A stretch of DNA of 63,958 nt, the filler included, from Craspedostauros australis (taxonomy: Eukaryota): assembly GCA_030167865.1 (NCBI GenBank). It is 8 parts of 8 records of this genome, joined end to end, with 100 filler letters (N's around TTAATTAATTAA, not from the genome) between each part and the next. Parts side by side here need not be neighbours in the genome. Positions count along the whole stretch, not along the records: positions 1 to 31,673 come from JALAGF010003574.1; positions 31,774 to 44,340 come from JALAGF010003575.1; 6 more parts are not named here. One strand, written 5' to 3'. The notes beneath the pieces are model-generated. The model had not been told where the DNA came from. It worked only from the letters and a program-made list of their open reading frames with translations, and did no database searches. Shown piece after piece: positions 23,432 through 35,431 of the stretch (position 1 is the stretch's first letter; each line of letters opens with the position of its first letter). Both the position numbers and the translations under genes were made by a program.

Positions 23432-24481
23432 TTAGAAGTCCAACACATCCTTCTGGGCAAGCAGCTTCACCTTCTTGAATTCATCGTCCCAGATTTGCTG
23501 CTTGTCGGCACTGTCGTCGCCGCTGTCTACCAGCTTGTGGTTCTTGGTATCGCTGTCCGAGGATGGTACCACCTTCTTGCCACTCATGTTCACGGTGACG
23601 GTTGGATTGTTGGCGCGCTTCACGAGGTAGAATGCCACGCAGGCAAGGACGATCGCGGTGGCCACGAGAATGCCAAAGCTGATGATGATCTTGCCCATCG
23701 TGGTGGAGTACGTCTTGCGCACGCCCTCCTTCCAGTTGGAGAAGTAGTTGCCCGTGCACAGGTTGGTGTTGGCTCCGCCGAGGTCGAATTCGTTGTTGGC
23801 GATGTCCGTCTTGAAGCCGATGGTCATCTGGGGGTAGAAGGAAGTCCCGTCCGCGTTGTTGGTGCTGCTGCCGTCCGACGAGTCGTTTCTCCAGTAGAAA
23901 TGCGTGCTGAGGCGGAACTGGCCAGCGCCACCGCAGTCCGATCCGTCTAGCGAGGACAGCGTGGACAAGTCGCACAGGCTGGCATGTTCGTACACGATCT
24001 GTTCGCCTTCCGATGTGAAGGACTCGGCGACCAAGGTCACAAAGATTCCGTCCTCCGCGGCGAGCACTGCGTCGTTGTCCTGCACGTAGAAATCCACGTA
24101 TAGCCGGGCCTTGTCACCTGGTTTGCAGCTCTCGCTCGCCCTGTACTTGTTGCCACCGTAGTAGTATGTGCCAGGACTGTCGCACAGGATCGACATGTCT
24201 TGAACGACGATGGGAGAGTTCTCGCACACGCTGAACGACACGCTCCCGTCCTGCTGATCGGCATTGTCGGCTGCATTGTCACCATTGTCCTCGTCGTTGG
24301 CCGCTTCGTCTTGCTGTCCTTCGTCTTGCTGCTGCTGATCCTCACCGTTGTCGTTGTTGTCTTCGTCGGCAGCCGCGGCGTCATCTTGGTCGCCCTGATC
24401 TGCTGTCACTATGTGCCCATCCAGTAGGCACAGCGCCGCAACGACAACGAGGAGGATTCGGTTCAAAGCTGATGTCTTCAT
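23432..24481 (-). CDS. Type I membrane protein: signal peptide, D/N/Q-rich tract, Cys-containing luminal domain, TM helix, cytosolic tail
   Basis: 349-aa ORF; MKTSALNRILLVVVAALCLL; CDSPGTYYYG..CKPGDKA..LC..DCGGAG; TM IIISFGILVATAIVLACVAFYLV. Confidence 0.8.
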   Translation of the reverse strand: MKTSALNRILLVVVAALCLLDGHIVTADQGDQDDAAAADEDNNDNGEDQQQQDEGQQDEAANDEDNGDNAADNADQQDGSVSFSVCENSPIVVQDMSILCDSPGTYYYGGNKYRASESCKPGDKARLYVDFYVQDNDAVLAAEDGIFVTLVAESFTSEGEQIVYEHASLCDLSTLSSLDGSDCGGAGQFRLSTHFYWRNDSSDGSSTNNADGTSFYPQMTIGFKTDIANNEFDLGGANTNLCTGNYFSNWKEGVRKTYSTTMGKIIISFGILVATAIVLACVAFYLVKRANNPTVTVNMSGKKVVPSSDSDTKNHKLVDSGDDSADKQQIWDDEFKKVKLLAQKDVLDF

Positions 24482-25449
24482 GGTCTTCGGTTGCTTTCCT
24501 CCAGTATCGATTGGGGTATTGGCACAATGTATGATGACAACCCGACGTTGTGCTCAATGGTTTTCGTTTCGTTCCGTTTTGCTTCGTTTGGAGTGATGCG
24601 TTGATTGTCGCAAAAGGATGTGTTTGAGATGGATGTGAAGAGATATGTGTTGCGCTACGAATGATTACACTGTGCGATGATGAACGAGTTCCAAAGCACG
24701 ACGAAAGTTGTTGTTGGTTGCTGCGATTGTTGCGTTCAGATGTGTTGTGTGGCGCGCGTCGCCATTTTGTGGCGACAACAAAGAGAGGAAGGCGAAATCG
24801 TTTGGCGATTTTTCAGCGATTCTCTTTCAATCTTGAAGAACAATCAAGTCGTACCAATCGAAAGTGACGTCAACAACAAAGTCGAATAGGTCAAGGAATC
24901 AGTCTGTCTGTCTGTCAGTCTTCCTGTCTGTCTGTCACCCCAACAGAACAACAGAAGAACAAAATCAAGAAGACAAAACGTTGGTTGACTGGGCACGTAG
25001 TCGTGTGACTACAATCCATACAACGTAGGCTTCAGTAGGATTCCTACGTGTTGTTCCATGCCAGCGGACTTCTTTTTGGGCGTTGTGACACGACAAAGAG
25101 GCGATTCGATCCAACGGCACCTGCACGAACGACACAGGCAACACGAGCAACAACGCAAACAGCAGTGACAAAGGAGAAGAGGGAGGAATCGAGCACAAAC
25201 ACAAACAACAGCAGCAACACAAACACACACAACATCAACAACAGCAACAACACCCACCAAACACCAAGGTAAAGGGAGCGTCCTGGAGACACATCATCAG
25301 AAGTTGTCGATCATCAGAGCAGCAGCGTATCGTAGAATCGCATCGAATACTCCTGTTGCAACACAGATCAGTTCAGATCAATCCAGAGAGAGAGAGAGAG
25401 AGACACCACTCCATTATACCCAAAAGCACAACAGAACAGTTGAGCCACC

Positions 25450-28400
25450 ATGTCAACGAGCTTGATTGATCGAGCCAAGGCAACGGGCAAGTGCCCGCCA
25501 TCCCTCCTGCAAGCTAATGGCTTTGACAATGCCCAAACGGCGTTTGAGAATGCAGTCGAGAAGGTGCTGGATGCCAATGGTTAGTGAAAAGCGTGGTATT
25601 GTTGTCGTTGTTGCTGTTATTGACTAGAGCCGTGCAGAGTACTCCATTGATGTGTCCCTGTTCAACCGCATCAAACGGAGGTGTTGGTGGCATCTACTGG
25701 TCGTTCCACAACGGTTGTCGTCTGCGACCATCTATTTGTGCTGCCACTCTCTTCTGGGCCAAGCGATGTGTGTGATGCCATCTGCACCTGCTTTGTGATG
25801 CTGTGTCAGGCTTCCCAGTCCTGTTCTTCCTTGCTGTCTCACATTTGAAGCATGTGCCTCACGACTCCTTCCCGTCATGAAACGCCCTTTGTGGCGCCGC
25901 TCCTGCCTTGGCCTCATTTCCTCCATCGTTCACCTCCCACCTCTCACCTTCCAAGATCTCTCACTGGCACGAGGCCCGACTGTCGTTGGAGACATGAACA
26001 CATTACTCAAGGTAGGTTGAAAACAGAAGGAAGCGTTTGTGCAACCAAGAGGCTGTTTGAATGAAGACATGGAGATAGACTTGGATAGACGGATAGGTGG
26101 ACGGACCAACCGACCAACAGAGGCAGTACAGACTGTTGGACAAGTGCAATGGTTCGTGGCTGGCGATGTAGCTGCGACTTGGGGAGGTGACACCGATTGA
26201 CGGCCAATAGAGTGCAAACGCCGGAAAAGGTCATCGGCTGCATGGACGTCCCCTTTTCATGCGACGAAGCAGACCCTGTCGCCCAGTACAGCGCTGGACG
26301 GAGACTTGGAGCCCCCAGCAATGCAGACGTCCTCTGTTGGAACAGCTTCGCCCATGGCTGGATTGCAAGGCAAGACAAGACAACACAGGCCTTTGCCCAC
26401 CCGCCGACGATCGCCCCAACCACGATACCAAGACGAACATCAATTTCGTCCATGATACTGCTCGATCAACGAAGACAGCAGGAGCGGCATGGGCACGATT
26501 CCCATTCCGAGCATGCTGCGCGGAGCATCTCTCGTTGCCACGATCGTGGAATCGCCGCACCCACATGACTACGATTGCCAAGAATCGCCTACTCTCCATG
26601 AGAAGTCGAGACTGCATCGATCGACACCAGCTGCGCTCTTCGGAAGCAATGGCTGCACTGTCCGTCCTCCGAGTTCTGCGCTATCTGCGTCGTGGACATT
26701 CCCCTTTGCACCAATGTACGAGTAGAGCTTCGCAGTTTTGCGTTATCCCTCGAAGGAGGCACCATAGCCAAGGTGGATCGGCGACTGCTGGGTAACGTTC
26801 GTCGCAGTATGCACCGGAGCTGTCGCACAAACATGTTGCAACGTTTGTAGCAGTATACATGCATACATGTGCGTTTATGTATGTGCATGCAGGGACATGT
26901 GTACACTCCACGCACACCAGTCACCATTGGGCCATGCGTTCGTGAACCCGTTCACGACTTTGCACACTTCCGTGGACACACGCAGCGTGTTTTCTTCATG
27001 CATACCGTACCATACAAAAACGATCACAACACAGGCACCATCACGACCGTACGTTGAGACGGCACGAACGTTGCCGATGCAACAGCCTGGACATCCTCGA
27101 TAGTCGCACCACTTCGCAGCCTTGCATTCATAATGCACCTTGTGAGGAATCAGACCAAATCAATTGGTGTCCACAATCAGAGGTTTTGTTATCCGCAGCA
27201 AACACGTACAAATAGCTTTAGTCTTGACTAGCGTGCATAGCTACAGATACCTTGGTTCAGAGGAAACTGCGATCCAGCCAAACATCCCTCAAAGGCTCCA
27301 TCCCGAGGTCAGCTGCGTTGCACCAACGACCCCAGGCTGCATACATGCATTCGACATCTCTCCTGCGAACGTCTTCGTCAGTGATGCTATCATGCCGACC
27401 ATGCAAGCATGAGCGTGAACAACGCCAACAGATGCCCAAGTGCGACCACGCAATTGAAGGGTTTCCAACAAAATCCAATCCAGTTCGCGCCATCCACGCT
27501 CCATCGATGCATCGAACCACATCTCACCATGCCGTGGAATACACACACAACGTCAGCCTGCATGAAGGAGGTAATGCATTCCGGCGATCTACAAGTATGA
27601 CTCATGTTTGCCTACCAAAGAGCATCAAGCATACCAGAGTAGAGTAGTGGGTTGACTTTGTAGTTCCGTACCAGAACCAGTCAGTCGTTGCACTGAGCTC
27701 GTATCTCGGGCACGGAGGACGAGCCTTGCCTCCATTGCATCCCGCAATCATGCATGCGGCCCACCATGACATCCAATCGCTCATCGCGGCCATCAAGCTA
27801 TTATCTGCTCATTATCCACACACCCAAAGAACGCTATCCTTTCCGTAGAATAGTAATCACCCAAGCCCCAGCGGGCCCAACCACACGCCATACTCGTACT
27901 GACACGACCTTCCGCCTCTCAACACCTGCAACTTGCTTGTTGTCTATTCCACTCTGCCATACTCTATCCGTATACCTCCGCTCTATTCTGTCGCTTCACT
28001 CGTATATTCACCTCGACATACTCTACCAACACCTTGCGTCACCCTGTAGATGGCGGAGAGCACCGGCTCTATCCAGGCCGTGAGTCCGGAAATACAGAAA
28101 GCCATCCTGCAGCAGCGCCGTTGCATCATCCTCTTGCTCGTTGGTGCGACGCCCAGCACCAACCCCGAGCTTCATCACATCCTGGCAGCGGGTTTCCTCA
28201 CTTCTGCGAAGAAGTGGATGGATGACATCCTCAGCGGATCCGTCGGTAAGTGCGCTGCGTTCGTACGAGTATCCTCGCCATACTGATTCTCAAGTGTTCG
28301 AGGCCTTTGTCGGTTCAGCCTTCCATCCATGCATCTATGCATCCATCAGTTGGTGGATTCGATCCATGACGCAACCGGTACATTGTGTGGCTCCTCTATC

Positions 28401-31308
28401 GTCGTTCGCGCCCCTCACCGAACCACCTCTTCGAACTCCCTTTCTCTCTCACACACACACTCTCATGCACACACTCCCTCATCCTGCGCACATCCGGCAC
28501 ATGGATAATATCGCCAATGGCAAACCACATTCGTGCACGAACAGGCGGTATCGACCTGCTCCTTCATTTGCTGAGCAGCGTCACCAAGCTCCCAGTGACG
28601 AAGGCGGCCGTGAAGGAGTCCGGCATGGGGAAAGCCATCGGCGCCATCGACAAGCACAGGATTTGTGCAGGCACCCCCAACGAAGCAAGCATCAAGAACA
28701 GAGTCGTGCTGATCAAAGACATGTGGAGCAAGTCAGTCAAGGCAATGAAAGCACAGGCTGCTACCACATCCAATGCAAAGGCAAAGCGAAATCTGAGCAG
28801 CATCTCTGCATCGTCTTCGGCATCATCGCTCCCATCATCCTCGGCCGCACCGGCAACATCTGATGGTCCATCAGCAAAGAGGACCCGTGTCGAAACAAGT
28901 CAGGCTCTGCCAAAGAAATCATCTCTGCTTCCTTCAACCAGAGGATCGTCGTCATCGTCAGCATCATCATCGTCCGGATCCTCACTCTCTGGCCTGCTCA
29001 CCAAAATGACAGATTCCAAGCTGTCCAAGGCATCACCGGCTGTTGCCAAGGCTAATGCCGCAGCGAATGCAAGCGCTGTCTCCAAACTACACAACACAGT
29101 CTCAAAGAAAGGTGAGGGCAAAAGTAATGCTCAATTTCGCGTTGGTGTGCGCCGCCTGCGTGGCGCTGATGTTTATCGTCCTTTCTTCTCTGAGACTATG
29201 GGTTTCGTTCGTTCGTCCGTTCATTCTCCCGATTCCTGTGATACTTGGTTTGTGTTTGTGCATGCAGTGCTTCTTGACCAATTGTACTTCAAGATTTGCA
29301 TCAAACTCACCGCTCTTCGATCGTCCCTCCTCCCTTTCCGATCGTCCTTCTTTGCTCCCGATTTCAATCAATTCTCCAATCGTCAGCCTCGAAGAATCGA
29401 GTCAAATGGGCTGACCATTTCGGAGGCGAACTGAATGCCACGCGCTTCATCGAACCGAATGGAAGCGTGGAACAGCGCAGCGAGAGCGCGGCCTCCGTGC
29501 CCATGTCCTGGTCCGATCGAAAGAAGCGTGACAGGACCCGCGAAAAGCAGCTGCTGTCCAGCGTGCCAAAGGCAAAGCTCGCTGATGATGACGACGACTT
29601 CGGCATGGGCGATAGGAAGGCCAGAGCGCCTATCCAACCGACCATGGCATGGCGCTCGCCAACATTGCTGCCACCCGTCCCTGACGTTGCACCAACCGAA
29701 CCCCAATCCACGGAGGTTGCAAAGCAGCAAGGCAGGCTCGCAAGCGCAACACAGGCCCGATACAGGAGCGACAGCGATGTGCCTCCGAACCCAACGCCCA
29801 TGAGCGACGTTGAGCAGGCGCTGGACATGACATCGCAATCATCCCTCGTCGTGACTTCCATTCCGTTCTTCGTTCCGCAGCAAACGCCGACTCCGCAGCC
29901 GCAGACACCGGCAGCCATCCCTCCGCCTCCCCCACCTTCCAGCGCACCCGCCCAGTCATACCAGCAGTATGCGCCGGTGCAAAACAATCTCGGCATTCCA
30001 CCACCACCACGACCAACGGGAGCAACTTCGGACTTTGTGCAGTCCCTTGGCCTGCCCATGTTTCTTATCGGCCAGAACGAGCAGGCTCTGCAGACACTTG
30101 CAAAGTCCCCCGGCTTGCTGCACACATTCGTGGATGGAAACGGAATCTATGACCAACCACGCTTGATGAACATGGTGCAATCGTTGACCCCCAGCGCCGC
30201 GACAACTCAGCCACCGCTCGTGCATCAAAACAACACAGGATACACTCAAAGCCACCAACTGAACCAGAACCAGCAATCAGCAGGGTATGGCCAGCCCAGT
30301 GCGCCGGCAGGTTCGTATGGCCATGCTGGCTCCACCAACGTATACGGCAGAGGCAACGCAGCTGGTGGACACATGCCAGCGCCCGCCCAGATGCCAGCTC
30401 CCGGTGGAGCAAATCACGGCAAGGAGGCGAATGGCACTGAAGGCAACCTCCACCTGAGTGGGTACGGTCCAAATACCTCGCAGGCTGAGATCAGGGCGAT
30501 GTTCTCACCATTCGTGCGGGTAGGCGATATCGTCATGTTGAGTGGCTTCTGTTTTGTCAACACAAAAGATCCCGCTGGTGCCATGCGCGCCATGGATTCA
30601 TTGCAGGGTGCACTAATTGGCGGTCAACCCGTGCGCATCCGGTCAGCACAAAGGAAGAGTCGAACTCCTGGTGGAGGCGGTGCTGGAGGCGGTGGCGGTG
30701 GCGGCGCACATCATCACAATCAACCCAACCCTATGAATGCCTACGGTGTGAATGGCGCCGCCGCAATGCAAGGAGGACAATACGGTGGACCGCCAAATGG
30801 AATGGGCAGGCCCCAGTATGGAGGTCCTGCGCCTGCACCACCGGGCAATCCTAACAGTATGGGCATGTACCAACCGCCCCCACCAGGAGCAGGCCAGCCG
30901 ATGCCAGGTGCGCCCGACGAGGCAAGCTTTGCGCACATTCGTGATGAGAGAGGCAATGCGGCCACCAAGAACCTGTTCATTGCGGGGTATGGTGCTGGGA
31001 CTACCGAGGCTCAGCTTCGCGATTTGGTCGGCGCCCACGGACCAGTTATCAGCGTGATCATGAAGGGAACCTTCAGCTTTGTGAACACAGCCAGCAGGGC
31101 TGCAGCAGTTTCCGCAAGGCAAGCTTTGGGTGGCGCCATGGTCAACGGCGGAGCATTGCGGATCAACTTTGCCAAAGAGACCGGGCGTCTCGGCACCAGC
31201 TTCGATGTGACATACAAAGGAGGGCCGAACCACGCTACAGCTGCTGCTGCTACTGCTGCTGGAGGTGGCAATCGCATGGGCTCGTCTCATTACGGGCGAG
31301 GCTTCTAG
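25450..31308 (+). CDS. PNUTS/PPP1R10-like PP1 regulatory subunit (TFIIS-N domain, RVKW docking motif, 2 RRMs); exons 25450-25579, 25956-26011, 28050-28245, 28545-29111, 29387-31308
   Basis: GCCACCATG start, and all four introns are phase-compatible GT..AG. TFIIS-N signature LLHLLSSVTKLPVT..VKESGMGKAI..W; RVKWAD; RRMs NLHLSGY..GFCFVN and NLFIAGY..TFSFVN. The first two exons are less certain than the last three. Confidence 0.78.
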
Positions 31309-31673
31309 CTTCGAGAGCTGACTAACAACTGCACACGCTGCTCGAACTGCAGTATCCTTTGTACGCGGAGACACAGCGAGCCGGAAGCAACCGCCAATGG
31401 ACGTTTCTATACTCTACGGCACTCACTCCATCCATCATGATGAATGCTTTCATGATACCGCATGGAAGTGAGGTGGATTGAATCTTGGAATTCTCCAGCA
31501 TCGTCACAGTAGATTGGCGAAGACTGGAGGGAGAGAGGTGCGCAGCACAATGCAGTGGAAATCGGAACCCGCCACGAAATAGAACTAAACATGGACGAAC
31601 AAATGGTTCAAGCATACAAGTAACAATGAATAGAGACGACGAGCACTGTTATCATTCTCAATGCCTCATGGAG

Positions 31674-31773
31674 NNNNNNNNNNNNNNNNNNNNNNNNNNN
31701 NNNNNNNNNNNNNNNNNTTAATTAATTAANNNNNNNNNNNNNNNNNNNNNNNNNNNNNNNNNNNNNNNNNNNN
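31674..31773. other. Artificial contig spacer N44-TTAATTAATTAA-N44; also at 44341-44440, 48994-49093, 53617-53716, 57026-57125, 60435-60534, 62643-62742
   Basis: The same six-frame-stop linker occurs seven times. Confidence 0.99.
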
Positions 31774-31912
31774 CCATTCACACCATTCACCATCAGACAC
31801 CGTCTCCAGTCTCCTCGTCTCCATTCGAAAGTGCAATACTTGGCGCATTCACAAACATTCACACCATCCAATACCATAATCAACAATTAACATCGAACAT
31901 CGAACATCCAAG

Positions 31913-34900
31913 ATGCAAGACTATACCTCCTCCTCCTCCTCCCCTTCATGCGCCGCTTCCTCATGCTGCCCTTCCTCATCCGCATGCTGCTCGAAGACGG
32001 TATCCATCATGAAGACAACTTCGCCCCCAACTCTCAAGGCCAAGCTGCAAGAATACTCCGATGAGCTCCCCAACATGCTCGCCAACCTCAAGGACATGCT
32101 TGATGCCATGCTCATCTTCTTCGTCTCAACACTCCTCGCCGTCATCCTCGTCGTCCTCACCGCCGATCGACAAGTGGCCAACGGAAACACCAAGTCGGAC
32201 GATGCCATCCTCTCCATCATCGACAACGGCAGCAGCAGCAGCAGCAACGCCAACAACAAAATCAACAACAACTCGACACACGATGAGCCAAGCTTCCTCG
32301 CCAAGCAGCTCCGCCGCATCAGCGTCTACCGCATGGCCATCCAGACCTTCATCGAGTACCAATTCGCCAAGCGCGAAGCATCCCGCATCCAGCAATCCCT
32401 CAACCTCACCGACGCCCAGGCCGAGGAACATCCAGACATCGTCCACTTCTGGAGCCTCGCCAACCGCAAGACCGCACAGCGCCTCACAGACCAGATCAAG
32501 ACCCTCGAAGGATTCTGGATCAAGGTCGGACAATACCTCAGCTCCCGCGCCGATGTCATGCCCCTCGAGTTCGTCCAGGAGCTGTCGGCCCTGCAGGATG
32601 ATCTGCCGGAACGCAGCTTCGACAACGACATCATGGCCACGCTCCATGAAGAGCTCACGCCCGTCCAGTTCAAGTCCATCGAATCCATCGACCCCGTCTC
32701 CCTGTCCACAGCGTCGCTGGCGCAGGTACACCGCGCCAAGCTCACCAACGGACAGGAGGTCGCCATCAAGGTGCAGCACCGAGGCGTGGCCTCGTTGATG
32801 AGACAGGATGTTGAGAACCTTCACATCATCATGGAGTTCCTCGCCCGCTTCGAGCCAGACCTCGACTTCGAGTCCGTCGTCAAGGAGTACTCGATGGAGG
32901 TGGAGAAGGAGCTCGACTTCCGCGCAGAGGCCGTCAACATGAACGAGGTCCGACTGCTGATGGCAGAGAACAAGGTCGATGTCATCGTGCCAAGGGCCAT
33001 CCCAGGCCTCGTCACGGAGCGCGTCCTGGTGATGGAGTTCTGCGACGGATTCTCCGTCCGCAACATCAAGGCCATGAAGAAGCACAACGTCGACCGCAAG
33101 CTGCTGCTGGAGCGCATCTGCACAGCATGGGCAGTCCAGATGCACGTCGGAGGTGTCTTCAACACGGATCCGCACGCCGGGAACATCCTCGTCTCGACCG
33201 CGCCAGGCAAGGACGGCTCCGTGCCGGTCCTGCTGGACTTTGGACTCACCAAGCGCTTCGATCACAAGATGAAGCTCGGTCTGTCCCGTCTCATGCACGC
33301 GACCGATGTCGGCGATGCCGATGAGCTGACGCGAAGCTTCGATGAGATGGGAGTGAAGATGAACAGACACGATCCATTCGAGGATCTCGTGACCCTGCAG
33401 CAGACCTTCCACACGACCATCCCCCAGTCCAAGGCCAAGAAGGTCCAGAAGCGACTCTCCCACGAGTACCAGGCGCGCGTCGCCGCCATGAAGAAGGAGC
33501 AGGGTCTGGGTGAGCACGACAGCCTGCGCAACCCCATCGACGCATGGCCAGCGGAGCTCATCTTCTTCGCCCGAGTGAGCAACCTCCTCCGCGGACTCTG
33601 CTCCTACCTCGACGTCAAGTACCCGTACCTGAACACCATGGCCAAGGCCGCCCGAACCACCATCTGCGAGTCGGTCCCCACCCAGGATCGCGCCAAGTCC
33701 CTGGTCCACGATCGATCATCCGTCTCCAGCGACGCCCTGCGCGAGAAGCTGGAGGGTGCGATCGCGGACGTCCAGAAGGAAGGCAGCATGGTGGGCCTCC
33801 AGCTCAACGTCCGCGTGGGTGGGGAGGAGCGCGTGAACGTCGCCGCAGGTGTGTTGGGAACCGCCAACCCACGCCCCGTCACCCCATCCACCCTCTTCAA
33901 CGTCTTCTCCGTCGGCAAGGCCTACCTGGCCATCGGCGTCCTGCGGCTCGTCCAGGATGGCAAGATCGATCTGGATGAGCCAGTCGCCACGTACTGGCCA
34001 GAGTTCGGCAAGAAGGACATCACGGTCCGATACGTCCTGTCTCACCAGAGCGGAATGCCCAACGCCATGCCACGCGACGGCAGTCTGGATGAGATGCTGG
34101 ACTGGGACAGCATGAAGAAGTTCATGGAGAGCACGGGCACCCAGTACCCATGCGGTCAGCAGACCAAGTACCACTACCTGTCCCTCGCATGGCTGTGCGG
34201 AGGCCTCATCGAGGCGGTGACGAAGCAGCCGTACGACCAGTACCTCAAGAGCGTCCTCGCCGATCCCGACAGCGACGAGGAGTTCAACCTCCACGCTGGA
34301 GGACTGCCGGAGGACATCGACAACGACGAGCTGGCGGTCCTGTCTGTCCACCATGCCGACTTGGCCCAGCTGAACAACGCCGCAGCCGAAGCCGCCAAGC
34401 GAGAGAAGATGAAGCAGATGAAGCTCAAGCAGGAGGCCGAGCGCAAGAAGGCGATGGAGGCCGCCACCGCACCAATCAAGCCAGCAGCAGCAGCCTCATC
34501 GCCAACGAAGGCAGTCGCCGCACCATCAGCAGCAGCCTCGACACCAACCAAGCCCAGCATCAACCACAAGAAGATCCTCGCCAAGTACGCCGGGCGCAAG
34601 CAGCTCATGACACCCACCATGTACAACATGAGGAAGGTGAGGAGCGCCAAACTCCCATCCGCCAACATGCACGCATCCGCATCGTCTCTGGCGAAGGTCA
34701 TGGACGACATCATCATGAAGGAGCGATCCCTCACCAACGAGACCATCGCCATGGCCCAGCAGCAGCAGGGAGATGCCCAGACGGCAGTCCACGCCTTGCT
34801 GAATGATTCTTCCGCCTTCTTCGGCCTCGGACTTGTCGTCCACGAGTTCGAGTACGAAGGCCGCAAGGTGCAGTCGTTCGGTCATCCAGGCTTGGGTGGA

Positions 34901-35047
34901 AGCCTGGTGATCTGCATCCCCGATGTGAAGCTGACGGTCGCCCTGACGATCAACCAGCTGTCGTACAACTCCATGGTCCGCAAGCGCGTCCTGAAGATCG
35001 TGTTTGATGAGTTCGAGTTGAAGCCTCCAGCCAGTGTTCTCCGATAG
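31913..35047 (+). CDS. ABC1K - beta-lactamase-like fusion, copy 2
   Basis: Translation identical to 140-3274. Confidence 0.93.
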   Translation: MQDYTSSSSSPSCAASSCCPSSSACCSKTVSIMKTTSPPTLKAKLQEYSDELPNMLANLKDMLDAMLIFFVSTLLAVILVVLTADRQVANGNTKSDDAILSIIDNGSSSSSNANNKINNNSTHDEPSFLAKQLRRISVYRMAIQTFIEYQFAKREASRIQQSLNLTDAQAEEHPDIVHFWSLANRKTAQRLTDQIKTLEGFWIKVGQYLSSRADVMPLEFVQELSALQDDLPERSFDNDIMATLHEELTPVQFKSIESIDPVSLSTASLAQVHRAKLTNGQEVAIKVQHRGVASLMRQDVENLHIIMEFLARFEPDLDFESVVKEYSMEVEKELDFRAEAVNMNEVRLLMAENKVDVIVPRAIPGLVTERVLVMEFCDGFSVRNIKAMKKHNVDRKLLLERICTAWAVQMHVGGVFNTDPHAGNILVSTAPGKDGSVPVLLDFGLTKRFDHKMKLGLSRLMHATDVGDADELTRSFDEMGVKMNRHDPFEDLVTLQQTFHTTIPQSKAKKVQKRLSHEYQARVAAMKKEQGLGEHDSLRNPIDAWPAELIFFARVSNLLRGLCSYLDVKYPYLNTMAKAARTTICESVPTQDRAKSLVHDRSSVSSDALREKLEGAIADVQKEGSMVGLQLNVRVGGEERVNVAAGVLGTANPRPVTPSTLFNVFSVGKAYLAIGVLRLVQDGKIDLDEPVATYWPEFGKKDITVRYVLSHQSGMPNAMPRDGSLDEMLDWDSMKKFMESTGTQYPCGQQTKYHYLSLAWLCGGLIEAVTKQPYDQYLKSVLADPDSDEEFNLHAGGLPEDIDNDELAVLSVHHADLAQLNNAAAEAAKREKMKQMKLKQEAERKKAMEAATAPIKPAAAASSPTKAVAAPSAAASTPTKPSINHKKILAKYAGRKQLMTPTMYNMRKVRSAKLPSANMHASASSLAKVMDDIIMKERSLTNETIAMAQQQQGDAQTAVHALLNDSSAFFGLGLVVHEFEYEGRKVQSFGHPGLGGSLVICIPDVKLTVALTINQLSYNSMVRKRVLKIVFDEFELKPPASVLR

Positions 35048-35431
35048 ATGGATGGATGGATACGTATACTCTGTGGACGTATGCCATATCTGCATCTATT
35101 GAGCGGTACATACATACATGCATACTCGTACACACGATACGGGTAGTTTGTATGCACGTATGTACCATGCACTTAACGAGAGATGGAAACCAACCACGAC
35201 GACGATGACGACAGCAACCACTGCAATAGTAGAAGACAATAATGCATAACCTGAACATTTCATATTCACAATACTCACTTCTGAACTGATACAACTACTA
35301 TTCGGAATGGTCGTTCGATGCGAGCATGTATCATCGGACCTCACGAAATGCAATAGGCGAGCAACCCCCTTTTCAGTTTTTGATTCACAATGGCATTTGG
35401 TGAATTTCGTCCATACAGCAAAATCCAACAC

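Noticed and set aside
31674..31773. Recurrent TTAATTAATTAA palindrome flanked by Ns
   Set aside because: Artificial linker; adjacency across it carries no biological meaning.
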